Below the pieces are notes generated by a model that was not told the DNA's origin, ran no database searches, and saw only the letters and a list, made by a program, of their open reading frames with translations. 64,000 nucleotides of DNA. Source: an uncultured cyanobacterium (GTDB lineage: Bacteria > Cyanobacteriota > Cyanobacteriia > Cyanobacteriales > Cyanobacteriaceae). The stretch covers positions 64,001-128,000 of the forward strand of contig CAVVOP010000019.1 of the NCBI GenBank assembly GCA_963749915.1, given 5' to 3'. Positions within the stretch are counted from its first letter, which is position 1; every line of letters starts with the position of its first letter. Below are positions 32,634 through 43,019 of the stretch, piece after piece. The position numbers and the translations under genes were made by a program.

Positions 32634-32815
32634 CAAATGTCATCGTTGTACGCACGCAATCCTCAAATCGGTGAATTACTGGAGCAAGGAATCAATGAAG
32701 GGCGCTTAAAACTTGATCCCATTACGGCTGATGAAGTGGCTCGCTCCCAGAAATCAGGTTTTGTGCATCGGCGTGATGGATTGGCTTACCGACTCTCGAT
32801 GGAGATTTTGGATTG
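32634..32815 (+). pseudogene. Fragment of a coenzyme F420 hydrogenase beta-subunit-like (FrhB) gene
   Basis: Manual translation: TNVIVVR / NPQIGELLEQGINEGRLKLDPITADEVARSQKSGFVHRRDGLAYRL, with a 4-bp duplication frameshift. This family commonly accompanies pyruvyl transferases. Confidence 0.5.
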
Positions 32816-32951
32816 AGTATTTCTGCTTAGTCAAAAAGTTGGATGCTCCCAAGAAAATCAATCACGTTAATGACTGAAAATGTGTGCTATCATTCTCGTT
32901 AAAGCTTAAAGTATTTATACTTCCATAATGAAACTGGGGAATGTGGGTTGT

Positions 32952-33122
32952 ATGGGTGCTTTATTCGAGTTTATCAGCACGGCAGACGCTAAACATTTTC
33001 AACCCATGCCTCCTAATTTTGGCATTATTCCCGTTTTTACTGAAAAAATACGCAATAAACGAGAACGTTATCAAGCTTATGCTATAGGATCATTAAATGC
33101 CATTAATCAACTGGTAATTTAA
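32952..33122 (+). pseudogene. trmFO: 3' fragment of tRNA m5U54 methyltransferase TrmFO
   Basis: MGALFEFIS...[11 protein letters not shown]...IRNKRERY is the TrmFO C-terminus. Confidence 0.8.
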
Positions 33123-33822
33123 TTTCTGAGATAGCTACTATACTCCCAACGGCTAAAAACCTAGACACGATTTTTTCACCATCTAAACTTACAACTCAAA
33201 ATTTTATCAAAGTTACACTTACTATATAAATCAACATACTCATGGAAAAACCAATCATTGCTCTCTATGGCGCTTTTGACCGATTTAATTTCGGGGATAT
33301 TCTGTTCCTAACTGTTGCACGCCACTATGCTCCAGAAGTAATCATAGAAAAAGGTGATTGGCGTCCTTATGGGCTTGTCGATTCAGACCTCCGGGACAGG
33401 GGCGGCTTCAAAAATTTTGCTATCAGCCATTTAATTCATGACAAGCCAATGGCACCGGGAAGTATGTTGATTGTACCAGGAGGAGAAGTTTTAACGGCTT
33501 CTATTACTAGCTTATATAGATGTCTTTTTACTGATTTCCACGAACCTGATAGAACTTTTGCCAGTCTCATTCGGAGCAGATTAGGAAAGAAAGAAGACCT
33601 AACAAAAAGGGCAATGAATCGTTTAGGAGTTCCATGGAAATACCCATTCGTTCCCATGGAGAATCAGATTCCTGGCAATCCTTTGACTGCTTTTTTAGGT
33701 GTTGGAGGAAGGACTCTCTCTCAATTTTCACCAGATAATCAGCAACAAATTTGCTCAGCACTATCTAGTGCGAAGTATTTATCTGTGCGAGACCCTCTTA
33801 CACACAAAGCCTTAATTGAATC

Positions 33823-35440
33823 GTAAACGTTCAGAGGGTTACGCAACTAAAGGGATAGACTCATTTTCTCTTTCAAGATTTGAGGTAACGATCGCATCTT
33901 CTCGATCTTCAGAGTTGATCGCTGTTGGGATTAAAGATGGTGTGGAAATTCCCTGTCTATGAGCTGTGATAGTTTCTCGGATAAACTCTAAAACACTACG
34001 ATTTTGAGAACGCAAACTACTAACCACCGTGAGCATTCTTGCCACGAAAATGCTCCCATTCTCACTTTGAGAACCAAAACTGGTCTTTTTCCACAAAACA
34101 GCAGGACGAATCGCTCTTTCCGCCGAATTATTAGTCGGTTCTAGATCTTCAACTTCGATAAATAGCCATAAGGCAGTTTCCACCTTCAACAATTGTCGGC
34201 AAGTACGCACCGTTCTTGCCCACGGTGTTTTTTCCCTTGAACCAATCTCAAACTTGGCTGTTTCTGTCAATATTTTTTGAACACGACTCCTAATTGGTAA
34301 TACTAACAATTTACATTCCTTTCTACTCAAGGTTCCATCTCTGACTCTTCGCCATAACCTAAACAACTTTTTCTCTTGTGCCATTAAATCTCTGCCTACT
34401 TGTCTGGATGCACCGCTACGCTCTGATATTTTCTGAAACTCTCGTTTTAGATGTGCCCAGCATAACTGTCGTCTGGAAACATCCACCCAGTTGTAACTTC
34501 TATATCGATCACTCCCCAAAAGACCCCCAAAGTTCTCTCCCAATAAATCCATTGCCGCACTGGTACAACGAGATAAAGTGACTTGAAAGTATGTAATCAA
34601 TGGTGTCACCGCTACCCATAACCAAGCCTTTTTACCCAGAGGATTTTTGCCATCGGTATTACCTTGTGAAAAACCTGTTTCGTCGGCATTAACCATTTCT
34701 GCTGATTGAATATAAGTTTTTGCCTCTTCTACAGCTGATGACAATGCTACACTGGCTTCTTTTCTAAGACGATTTACTGTACCCAAGGACATTTTCACTC
34801 CAAAAAAGTCTGACATTCCACTCACAATCATACGGTGAGAATGACGATATACTCCACTCATCAAAGATACCAAGGCTACTACTGTTGAACCATAGCCACT
34901 CTCGGAGACATTTTCAGGTAATTTTGCTCTCGTTAAACTACCACAATGATTACATTCTAATTGGTGTAAGCGATGTTCTACTATTTCTAGTTCTATGGGT
35001 GGTATTTCTACTACTTGGTGTCGGTAAGGATTTTCATCTGTACCTGAGAGTTTTTCCCCACAACATTTACAGGTTTCTGGTAAGTGATTTTTGGTACTTT
35101 GACATTCGGATTCTGGGTATAATTCTCGACTGTTACCAGTATGCCCCTTTTGTCCGCCTCTTTTTCTTTTCTTTCTTTTCAGGGGTTTTTTCGAGAATGG
35201 CTTAACTATTTCTGTAGATGGAGGAATACTCGAATTTTTCGAGTTACAATTAACTTTTTCTTGCAGATTTTCTAATTGTTTTTCTAGTTCTTCAATTCTT
35301 TGTTTTTGTTGCACTACAAAATTTTTAACTCCTTGAGGAGTCGAATCCCATTCTTCTGTGGTGAAAAAATTCGTTTTTAGTAGTTGCTCTTGTTCCATAG
35401 CTTTAAACTACCATATTTTCGTTCCCCCCTGAACGCTTAC
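33823..35440 (-). mobile_element. Intact IS66-family element (single ORF, 1618 bp)
   Basis: IRs GTAAACGTTCAG / CTGAACGCTTAC; 8-bp TSD ATTGAATC at 33815-33822 and 35441-35448. Confidence 0.95.
33839..35398 (-). CDS. IS66 family transposase
   Basis: NSSIPPS, CxxC..CxxC, ADET, QLCWAHLKR and TNNSAERAIR. Confidence 0.95.
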   Translation of the reverse strand: MEQEQLLKTNFFTTEEWDSTPQGVKNFVVQQKQRIEELEKQLENLQEKVNCNSKNSSIPPSTEIVKPFSKKPLKRKKRKRGGQKGHTGNSRELYPESECQSTKNHLPETCKCCGEKLSGTDENPYRHQVVEIPPIELEIVEHRLHQLECNHCGSLTRAKLPENVSESGYGSTVVALVSLMSGVYRHSHRMIVSGMSDFFGVKMSLGTVNRLRKEASVALSSAVEEAKTYIQSAEMVNADETGFSQGNTDGKNPLGKKAWLWVAVTPLITYFQVTLSRCTSAAMDLLGENFGGLLGSDRYRSYNWVDVSRRQLCWAHLKREFQKISERSGASRQVGRDLMAQEKKLFRLWRRVRDGTLSRKECKLLVLPIRSRVQKILTETAKFEIGSREKTPWARTVRTCRQLLKVETALWLFIEVEDLEPTNNSAERAIRPAVLWKKTSFGSQSENGSIFVARMLTVVSSLRSQNRSVLEFIRETITAHRQGISTPSLIPTAINSEDREDAIVTSNLERENESIPLVA

Positions 35441-36245
35441 ATTGAATCTGGTCTTTCAGAGTGCGAGTTGGTTCCCGACCCTGTTCAGGCAATTCGCCGG
35501 ATTTATACAGTGAATGAGGTCTGTTCCCTCGCCAGCCAAGCCACCCAACTCATTATCAACTCCTATCAAGAAAGTGGATATTTTTGTTTTCAATCTGCCC
35601 TGAGACACTTAAATGGAAACTCAGAAATCGTTGCAGAACGATTAGACAAAATTGCTGAGGAAACTGGTTTAATACCAGTATTGGTCTCAGCCGGCACTGC
35701 TCTACTTCATGAAGATCATTTGGGGCTGTATGCTGTTTCCATCAAGATGAAGCAGCCTCATGTTTTGATAACGATGCCAAGCGTCATGGATATAGCGTCA
35801 CTGATTGCATGTTCTCGATTGGTGATTTCAACCAGTCTCCATGCAATGATTCTTGCAATATCCTACGAAGTTCCGAGACTCGTCTTAAGTGGACTAGAGG
35901 CAAAAACTGCGAATTATGTTAAACATTGGGATCCGGTAAATTTTGTAAATGGGGTTGACTATAGCAATGTTGTTGAATCAGCTCTTGTTGCACTTCAATC
36001 GGAACCAGATTGGAGGCATAATCTTGCAGAAAGTATGGCATCAAAAGCAGAGGGCTTTATCAAGGAAATGTGGGAAAGAATGTTGCGTTTAGCCAGATCT
36101 CGAACCAGTTCCTTCGATTAGGGAAGGATAGTTCTGGGATAGTCTCTGGTATTATGAGCTTCTAGTAAAAGTGGTCTAACTTTTTTAATCCAAAGGATAA
36201 CCGTTATGAGGTGAACTCATTTGATTCTCTCAAAGCGACGTAAAC

Positions 36246-36372
36246 TAAGCTAAAACGCATTTAACTTGCATTTTTTTAAATTAGTAAAAAATCAAAGAAA
36301 CTCTTATCCATTGCCTATTGCCCATTGCCCATTGCCTACCCTCATCAGTAAACTTAGATGCGTCTGAGCTTA
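36246..36372. mobile_element. MITE with ISAs1-like ends
   Basis: IRs TAAGCTAAAACGCATTTAACTT / AACTTAGATGCGTCTGAGCTTA; internal CCATTGC STRR. Confidence 0.65.
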
Positions 36373-36622
36373 TTCGCATTGATATACTTTGTGAGATACT
36401 CTTGCTTCATTTTATCACTGTAACCACGCTGAGTTGTATACTGGTCTTCGATCCAGGTTTCCACTCCATAAACAAGTCATAAGCTAAGCAGTCCATATCA
36501 ATTTGCTTTAGACATCTCCATAAATTCTCTTTTTGGTACGGTAGAATTAGCATTTTAACCCCCTTTTTCTTAAATGTGGTCGATGTCTTTTGATGATTCC
36601 GTTTTCATGTACTTATCCAATC

Positions 36623-36853
36623 TCAAGTTTTAACAGCTTCAAGGGTTGCTTGGAGATAGGCATGACCGTACTGACTATCAGGTTCTAGATAATTTCCCTC
36701 AGCCCATTCATTCCATGACTTGAGAAAGATGAGTTTATGTTCAGGTTCCCTATCCTCTACTTTCTTAATTGCACTCTCAAGCCAACGGCGATAAAGTTCT
36801 GGTGTACTTCCCTCCAGGACAATCCCATTATATCCTGATCGGGGGGTGTTATC
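36623..36853 (-). pseudogene. WbsX-like (GH99-like) glycosyltransferase C-terminal fragment
   Basis: DNTPRSG..GSTPELY and SWNEWAEGNYLEPD; cut at the IS end CAGGGCAAACGCATCTAA (36854). Confidence 0.8.
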
Positions 36854-38034
36854 CAGGGCAAACGCATCTAAATTTTGAAGAAGGGAAAATGATAAGCTCA
36901 GAGGGTTTCCGTAAATTTTGGTTAACTCCAAGCCCTTAGCATATTTCCAATCAATGAGAGTGTATAGATAATCTGGCATTAGGGCGATCGCTGCTTCAAA
37001 AGGCGATCGCTACTTCAAGAGGCGAGCTGACAAGGTTAGTTTTTTTACATTCTGGTGAGGGTAAGACATCTTTTGAGGGGGAAGATTGGTAGACAAGGAA
37101 GATTGTTCAACGGAAAAATAGGCTTTTCAGTCAGTTTGTCTGTTTAAATTCTTAACACTTGTGCAAGATATTGGTCATCCCAAGCAGCTTGAAGACGTTT
37201 ATTTTGAATACCCATCATCGCAGTTTTTTCTTGAGAAAGAAGATTGAGAGCAATATGACGAAGTAAAGCAAAATTCTCAGGAGAGTTATCTCGGCGAATT
37301 CGACACTCATCTTCACGAACTGTACTTTAGACTAAATAAAATTTGACATAGCAATAACTCAGCTAAATAAAATTAACTGAAATCAAACATAATTTTCCTA
37401 AATTATGATCTTAAGCTGCCTTTTTTGCTGATTTTTTACTTTTTGATTGTCGCTTTTTCACCAGTGGATATCTCTTTCTTTTCATTCTTTTTTTACCTTT
37501 CTTGCATCCAACTGATTTTCCTCTGGTTTTAGCTACTTTGGTGGGTGAGCCAATCTCGATTAAAAGTGAAAACATTGACTGTGCTACTCTTTGAGGTGTT
37601 AAATTCTCCTGTGGTTTTTGCCAAGGTAGATGATTTTCTTCTACTAAGTCTTTTCCCAACCATAACTGCCATGTCATATTCACTATCAAATCACTCCATC
37701 TTTGACATTGAGCGGTTGTTCCCAACTTCGGTAAATTCCAATGTAATCTCTGTTTGGCAAATCGATACCAATGGTCTACTCCAAATCTTCGAGCATATTG
37801 CGACCAGATTTTTTCTAACTCTAAAAATTGTTTTCCTACCCAGATCAACCATAGTGGACGATGTTTTTCCCCTGTTTTCTTTTGCGACAATCTTTCTATT
37901 TTAATCAAACTCAGTTTTTGCTCATAAGCATTACGAAAGTGCAAGTTACTCCATTTACTGATTTTGATTAACCCTAAGGACTCATCATTTACTTCTGCTA
38001 TTTCATCTGCGGTGAAATGAGTGGAAAGATCATT

Positions 38035-38589
38035 CTGACTTTTCACGGTATCTTTTCCCTGAGAAAGGGTTTGGGTGTTAGGGGTTGGGTGATAGGGAAA
38101 ATTCAGTTTTTGTTTTCGAGGGCACGAATCAATGCTGATAATAATCTTCCGAGGGATTCACATCTATTTAAAAGAGAATCAATGACTTTCCCCTCTCCTA
38201 ACTTTACCCTTTTCGACAATAAAAGATGAGTTTCTAATTCTTTAAGAGAGCCTTGTGCTATGTATAAAAACTGTATATATTCTTTTCGGGTTTTTCGACC
38301 ATGCCCCTCAGCGACATTGGCGGGAATAGAGGCTGATGCTCGACGAATCTGAGAAATTAACCCGTAAAGTTCTTCTTTGGGGAAATTGCGAGTAACTAAG
38401 TAGCATTCTTCTGCTAAATCCATGCCTGTTTGCCAAACCTTTAAGTCTCTATAGGATTGTATTCCCATCAGTTTCTAAGTGTTTTTTTTGACTGTTCAAC
38501 TATTAAAGCTTATCCTCAATCCCTAATCCTAACACCCAACCCCTAACACCTAACACCTGTCAACCGAAAAAGATGCCGTGAAAAGTTAG
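38035..38589. mobile_element. 555-bp IR-bounded non-autonomous element carrying a four-helix-bundle gene
   Basis: IRs CTGACTTTTCACGGTATCTTTT / AAAAGATGCCGTGAAAAGTTAG, plus inverted STRR blocks inside both ends. Confidence 0.75.
38103..38468 (-). CDS. Four helix bundle protein (23S rRNA IVP / bAvd-like)
   Basis: YRDLKVWQ, FPKEELYGLISQIRRASASIPANVAEG and AQGSLKELETHL. Confidence 0.93.
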   Translation of the reverse strand: MGIQSYRDLKVWQTGMDLAEECYLVTRNFPKEELYGLISQIRRASASIPANVAEGHGRKTRKEYIQFLYIAQGSLKELETHLLLSKRVKLGEGKVIDSLLNRCESLGRLLSALIRALENKN

Positions 38590-39727
38590 GTTGCTTTAGA
38601 GATTGCGGTTTCAAATGAGGTAATTCTTTCGTGTCTGAGGGGTAATGTCCAACTTCCCTTTGCCTCTAACTGTGGTAACCATGCAATGGTACTATATCCG
38701 AGTCCCTTGATTGATGAATTCATTGATGAACTCTTGTATTGATAGCCTCTATCTTTCATGGTGGGAGCATCTTTCAATTCCCAATGAGTATTGTCGATAC
38801 CCAATAAGATATATTCGAGTTGAGGTATTTCTTGAACATATCTTTTCATCAGTTTATTGCTATTGGGGCGAGAATCTTGGATTGCCTCATAACAACTATG
38901 CCATTTGCGACCAAATAGTGAACAAAGAGAAAATTCAGCTAGCGAATCAGCATTTTTAGTGGTCATAATACTATCCATTAATTCAAATGTGGCATCACGA
39001 GCTTTAACCAACATTTGATAAGTATCTTGACGAAATTTTTTTAACCTGTCATATTTTTCCATAGAGAGAATGTTGATTTTGAGGATAATTTTTATTTTCT
39101 CTCTATTTTTTCTTGATGTCTATTTCCTTCACGTTTTTTCTTTAATTAGTCTAAACTACAGTCACGAAAGCTAACATCTAAAACCCAATGAAGAGAATTT
39201 TCTATTCCCCAATGACTACGAACCGCTTGGCCAAAGACTTCGGCATTACTGGGAAAACTGTTCAAATAGTAGCGAGTTTCTAAGGTAGTTTCTCCTTTAA
39301 TAGTGCGCTGTGATTCAACCATGCCAATACTCTGAAGTCCCGCCCATTTATCGCTATCAAGCAAATATTCCACATTTCCCATTGTCCAATAACGACGAAT
39401 TTCCATTCGACCATGACCTTTTTCTATGGTTTGAAAGAAACTATGATCGATGTTTTGCCATTGTTGAGACCGGGCATACTCAAATAGTTGCTCCACATCT
39501 TCATGAATGTTCCCCTGATTGCCCTTCAGGGCCAGACAATAGTCAGCTCCCTTAGAAATAATCTGTTCAGCAATCTTTTTTTGAGTCCCCATCCCATCAA
39601 TGGTTACCAAACATCCTGATAATTCCAAGACTTTGATTAATTGAGGAATGGCAGTAATTTCATTGGACTTTTCATCTACCTTTCTTTGTCCAAGCACTAA
39701 TTTTTGAGAACTTGCCCAAGCACTAAC

Positions 39728-39860
39728 CAGGGCAAACGCATCTTAATTTTTAACTCTTGATATTGATAATCTTTGAGAGCGATCTGCTTCTCGAACTATT
39801 TGAACTGGTGGGGTATTTCCGCGAGGCTTTACTAACCGGTAACTTAGATGCGTCCGAACT
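39728..39860. mobile_element. MITE/remnant with ISAs1-like ends
   Basis: CAGGGCAAACGCATCT ... TTAGATGCGTCCGAACT; same end family as 36246-36372 and 36854. Confidence 0.55.
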
Positions 39861-40876
39861 TATCCCCTATTCAGATGACTTTCATATTTATTGTAGACAT
39901 CTAATCCTGGTATTTCTTCGGTAAAAATGGGGGGTTGTTTAAATTCTTCAGGGGGATATTCTTTGAGAATGGCAATTAAAGGATTATAAAAGTTTTCCCA
40001 TTGTTTTAATAATCCTAATAAAGATTGGAATTGGCCAAAGGATTTTGCATGTCGATTTCTTAAAGCAATATATTGCAACATTAAAGCATAGGTTTCCGGT
40101 TTATTTTTACTGTTGGGAACTTGAATAATTTGCCCTAATTTTAAGAAAATATCGACATTCACCTGTACAACCACCATAAATTCCTTGAGGCTGTCTAAAT
40201 TTTTATCATAAAAAGTATCAGCAATTCCGGCAACGGTACGCAACAAAGCAAAATTACTCAAGTCGTATTGTTTGAATAAATAAAGCAGTTTCAAGCCCAG
40301 TTTATCTTTACAAACAATTTCTAAGGAATTGACATAGGATTGAATTGCCGCCTTACCTTCATCGGTTTTAATTTGAGGGATAATATCGGTCAATTTACCT
40401 TCTACTAATTCTTTGAACTGAGCTACGTCCAAACCTTGTTGTAAATATTCATAGATACAGTTATAAAATTCCTGTTGTGCATAACTGCGATAACGAGTTT
40501 CCGTAGCTTCAATCTTTAAAAAACTCTCCTTTGTTTCTAAGGCTACCCTTAACAAATCCAGACTATATTTTAAACCCTCATAAGGGCCATTATTCTCCTC
40601 CAGTTGATGATTTATAGTTAAAAAATGGACGAATTCTCGACTGGTAAACTTCTCATTATCAATAGCTCTCACCATGACGGACACATTTTTCAATGAATTA
40701 AAACAATCACGATATAGAACCTGTGTACTCTCAGGGATTTCTTCTTTACCCGCAAAACCTTTATTTAAAAGAGATTGAAACCATAACAAAAAAGATTGAT
40801 TACCCCATAAAGGGCGATTCCACCAAGGGACAGAGTTAACTTCTTTGAGATTCTTTTGTTTAACGTTTGCATCCAT
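39860..40876 (-). CDS. Hypothetical protein (cyanobacterial-type, PWWNRPLWG N-terminus)
   Basis: Long ORF with host-like composition; ATG at 40876 preferred over TTG at 40882. Confidence 0.75.
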   Translation of the reverse strand: MDANVKQKNLKEVNSVPWWNRPLWGNQSFLLWFQSLLNKGFAGKEEIPESTQVLYRDCFNSLKNVSVMVRAIDNEKFTSREFVHFLTINHQLEENNGPYEGLKYSLDLLRVALETKESFLKIEATETRYRSYAQQEFYNCIYEYLQQGLDVAQFKELVEGKLTDIIPQIKTDEGKAAIQSYVNSLEIVCKDKLGLKLLYLFKQYDLSNFALLRTVAGIADTFYDKNLDSLKEFMVVVQVNVDIFLKLGQIIQVPNSKNKPETYALMLQYIALRNRHAKSFGQFQSLLGLLKQWENFYNPLIAILKEYPPEEFKQPPIFTEEIPGLDVYNKYESHLNRG

Positions 40877-40885
40877 AATCAAACT

Positions 40886-40969
40886 TTAAGTATTGCCATA
40901 ATTGATATGCTAAAATTATTCACAGTATTACATAAAATATCGAAAAAAACCATTAAATTTTTATCAGAA
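40886..40969. repeat. 84-bp direct repeat, copy 1 (upstream/promoter region)
   Basis: Identical to 42108-42191. Confidence 0.92.
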
Positions 40970-41156
40970 CTCGACTGTTGTGAAATCCTATATTCTCCCG
41001 TTGGCGATCTGCGAAGCAGGCGCTTTCAGCGATCTCGAAGAGGACGGCGAAGCCTCGCACAGAGTGCGAGCGCAATGTTGCAATTCCAAATGAGCCAAAA
41101 TCAAGCCCCAGACCAGTTGATATCTAAAGGTTTAAAAAATTCACAACAGTCGAGTT
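40968..41156. mobile_element. MITE (189 bp)
   Basis: Perfect 17-bp IR AACTCGACTGTTGTGAA / TTCACAACAGTCGAGTT. Confidence 0.82.
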
Positions 41157-42096
41157 AATTAGACCAATGAGATAAATCTCGATTTAAAAATTCTGCTAAT
41201 TGACGATTTGGTTCAGCAAATTTTTCTATGAGCATTTGTCTGGTTTCTAGTAACATTGGTTTCGGAATATATTGTTGGGCTAATACTTCTTGATCGGACA
41301 TTTTTGCCAAAATTTTGTATCCCATGTCTCGTATCACATCGGGAACAGTTTTGTATATATTCTGAATCAGTGGTAAAGAGCGGAGTTTTTCTGTAGTTTT
41401 CGATCTGAGATGCCATTGATGGTAATCTTTTGAAACATTAGCAATGATTGGCTCTTTACTAATGAAATCAATTTGATTATCAATTCCCAAAAAATTACAC
41501 ACCTCCGATAGTAATATTTGAGGTTGTTTTAACAAATCCTCAAACAGCAAAAACAAGAGTGACTCACGAGGAAAATATTTTAAGTATAGTTCAATTTGTT
41601 CGATATATTTACTGACTGATACTACATTAATTTTTTTCATATAGTCATCAGTGTCAGTGACGGAATTTCCCCTAGCTAATAACGCCTCAAATGTTTCTGG
41701 TAAGGCAGATGACAATCCTAGTTTTCTCTGTTTTCCTTGGAATAATTTGATCTGTTGCAGATATTGAGAATATGCCCTATCGACAGGATGTCTCATTATG
41801 TATATCATCTTGACATTTGGAACTACTTCTCTGATTAATTTGGGAATATCTGGTTTATGACAAGTTTGGTGCGTGTATGGAGTGGAAGCTTCTCCACAAA
41901 TTTGCTTTGGTTGCGCATCGTTAAAAAGAGAAACATACCAGTTTAAGTCTTTTCCATAACCACTGGCAAAATCAGCAAAGTAGGATGGTTCTTTTGGTGT
42001 TGTCATAAATATCTGTGGATGTTGACACAGGTACTTGTATAAAGTTGTTGTACCAGACTTCGCCGAACCAATAATCATAAAATCAGGTAAACGCAT
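41155..42096 (-). CDS. Sulfotransferase
   Basis: PDFMIIGSAKSGTTTL (5'-PSB), KEPSYF, GEASTPY and RHPVDRAYS (3'-PB). Confidence 0.94.
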   Translation of the reverse strand: MRLPDFMIIGSAKSGTTTLYKYLCQHPQIFMTTPKEPSYFADFASGYGKDLNWYVSLFNDAQPKQICGEASTPYTHQTCHKPDIPKLIREVVPNVKMIYIMRHPVDRAYSQYLQQIKLFQGKQRKLGLSSALPETFEALLARGNSVTDTDDYMKKINVVSVSKYIEQIELYLKYFPRESLLFLLFEDLLKQPQILLSEVCNFLGIDNQIDFISKEPIIANVSKDYHQWHLRSKTTEKLRSLPLIQNIYKTVPDVIRDMGYKILAKMSDQEVLAQQYIPKPMLLETRQMLIEKFAEPNRQLAEFLNRDLSHWSN

Positions 42097-42107
42097 AATT
42101 GAAAAAC

Positions 42108-42191
42108 TTAAGTATTGCCATAATTGATATGCTAAAATTATTCACAGTATTACATAAAATATCGAAAAAAACCATTAAATTTTTATCAGAA
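42108..42191. repeat. 84-bp direct repeat, copy 2
   Basis: Identical to 40886-40969. Confidence 0.92.
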
Positions 42192-42292
42192 TATCTTCCA
42201 CTAATAGCAATACCTTCGCCAAAAAAAAATCACAAAAAGTTGTCCGTGTCAACTCTTTTTGTCACAGAAATTAATTTTTTTTGTTTTTTGAG

Positions 42293-42696
42293 CTACTCAG
42301 GGAAAATATTACTAAGAGAAATAGGATGAATTGCCCCAATATTTGCCACTCGATTGAGAATCCGAGACATCAAAAATAGTTCTGGTTTTTGGGGAAGCAA
42401 TTTTATCAATTCATCAACGTATCTAAAGCCACGATAAAAGGCTTTGAGATCTAAAAGACTAAAATCATTCACACAATCACGACGAAAACGTTGCAATATT
42501 TTTTGGGAAAAATTAACCATGAAAAAAGCTAAATTCGCCATATTTGTGACGGCGATTTCGGATACATTCATAAAATCTTCTAAACCCCAAAATTGTTTGG
42601 CATCCCGAAAATTGAACTCAATCTGAAATCTTAATGAGTATAGTTCTACCAGTTTTTCAGCGGTGAGAGTTAAGTCTGTAGAAAATAAAATTACAT
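42293..42696 (-). pseudogene. IS4-superfamily transposase C-terminal fragment
   Basis: LFSTDL..YSLRFQIEFNFRDAKQFWGL (YREK-like signature). Confidence 0.85.
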
Positions 42697-42950
42697 CCCA
42701 CATTCCGCACGTCAATTTGCACTATGCCATGTAATACCTTAACGCCTTGTTTACAAAATATTCCCCAAGTAATAAAACAACGAAATTGAGATTAAACAAA
42801 TATAAATACTGTAAAAATCTGTATATGGCGATGCCAAAGGCACAGCGAAGCTGCTCGCAAAAAACAATAAATATATGTATTACCTATAGTAAAGTTGCGT
42901 AAAAGTCATTAAAATATGATTGTTTTCTAAAAGAACATGCGGAATGTGGG
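42697..42950. mobile_element. MITE with IS1634-type ends (254 bp)
   Basis: IRs CCCACATTCCGCA / TGCGGAATGTGGG, identical to the IS1634 end at 46546-46558. Confidence 0.8.
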
Positions 42951-43019
42951 ATCTAACACCTTTTATTAAGTATTTATGTACTGGTGCAATATCTGAATCA
43001 AAATATTTTTTGATATAAA

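Larger units (their letters stand above)
33242..36121 (+). pseudogene. Polysaccharide pyruvyl transferase split by IS66
   Basis: 5' part has FDRFNFGD and SVRD; 3' part has LVPDP and STSLHAMILA. Removing the IS and one TSD gives a 1254-nt open frame (417 aa). Confidence 0.88.
37319..39162 (-). mobile_element. IS701-like (IS4 superfamily) element inserted in ISAs1, itself interrupted
   Basis: IRs ACTGTACTTTAGACTAA / TTAGTCTAAACTACAGT; 5-bp TSD CACGA (37314-37318, 39163-39167). Transposase halves at 38586-39062 and 37411-38034 (YARRFGVDHWYRFAKQRL). Confidence 0.88.
37144..39727 (-). pseudogene. ISAs1-family transposase, 5'-truncated and split by an IS701-like element
   Basis: 39168-39727 gives VSAW..KSNEITAIP..TIDGMGTQ..HWGIENSLHWVLDVSFR. 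37144-37318 continues EDECRIRRDNSPENFALLRHIALNLL..AAWDDQYL. Confidence 0.9.

Noticed and set aside
36623..36979. 118-aa ORF as a real gene
   Set aside because: Chimera of IS-end sequence (LDAFAL) and a WbsX C-terminal fragment.
38103..38468. Diversity-generating retroelement (Avd-like gene)
   Set aside because: No reverse transcriptase and no TR/VR pair with adenine-specific differences in the window.
40856..42329. Paralogous + strand ORFs 40856-41158 and 42099-42329
   Set aside because: Their similarity is only the 84-bp non-coding repeat read on the opposite strand.
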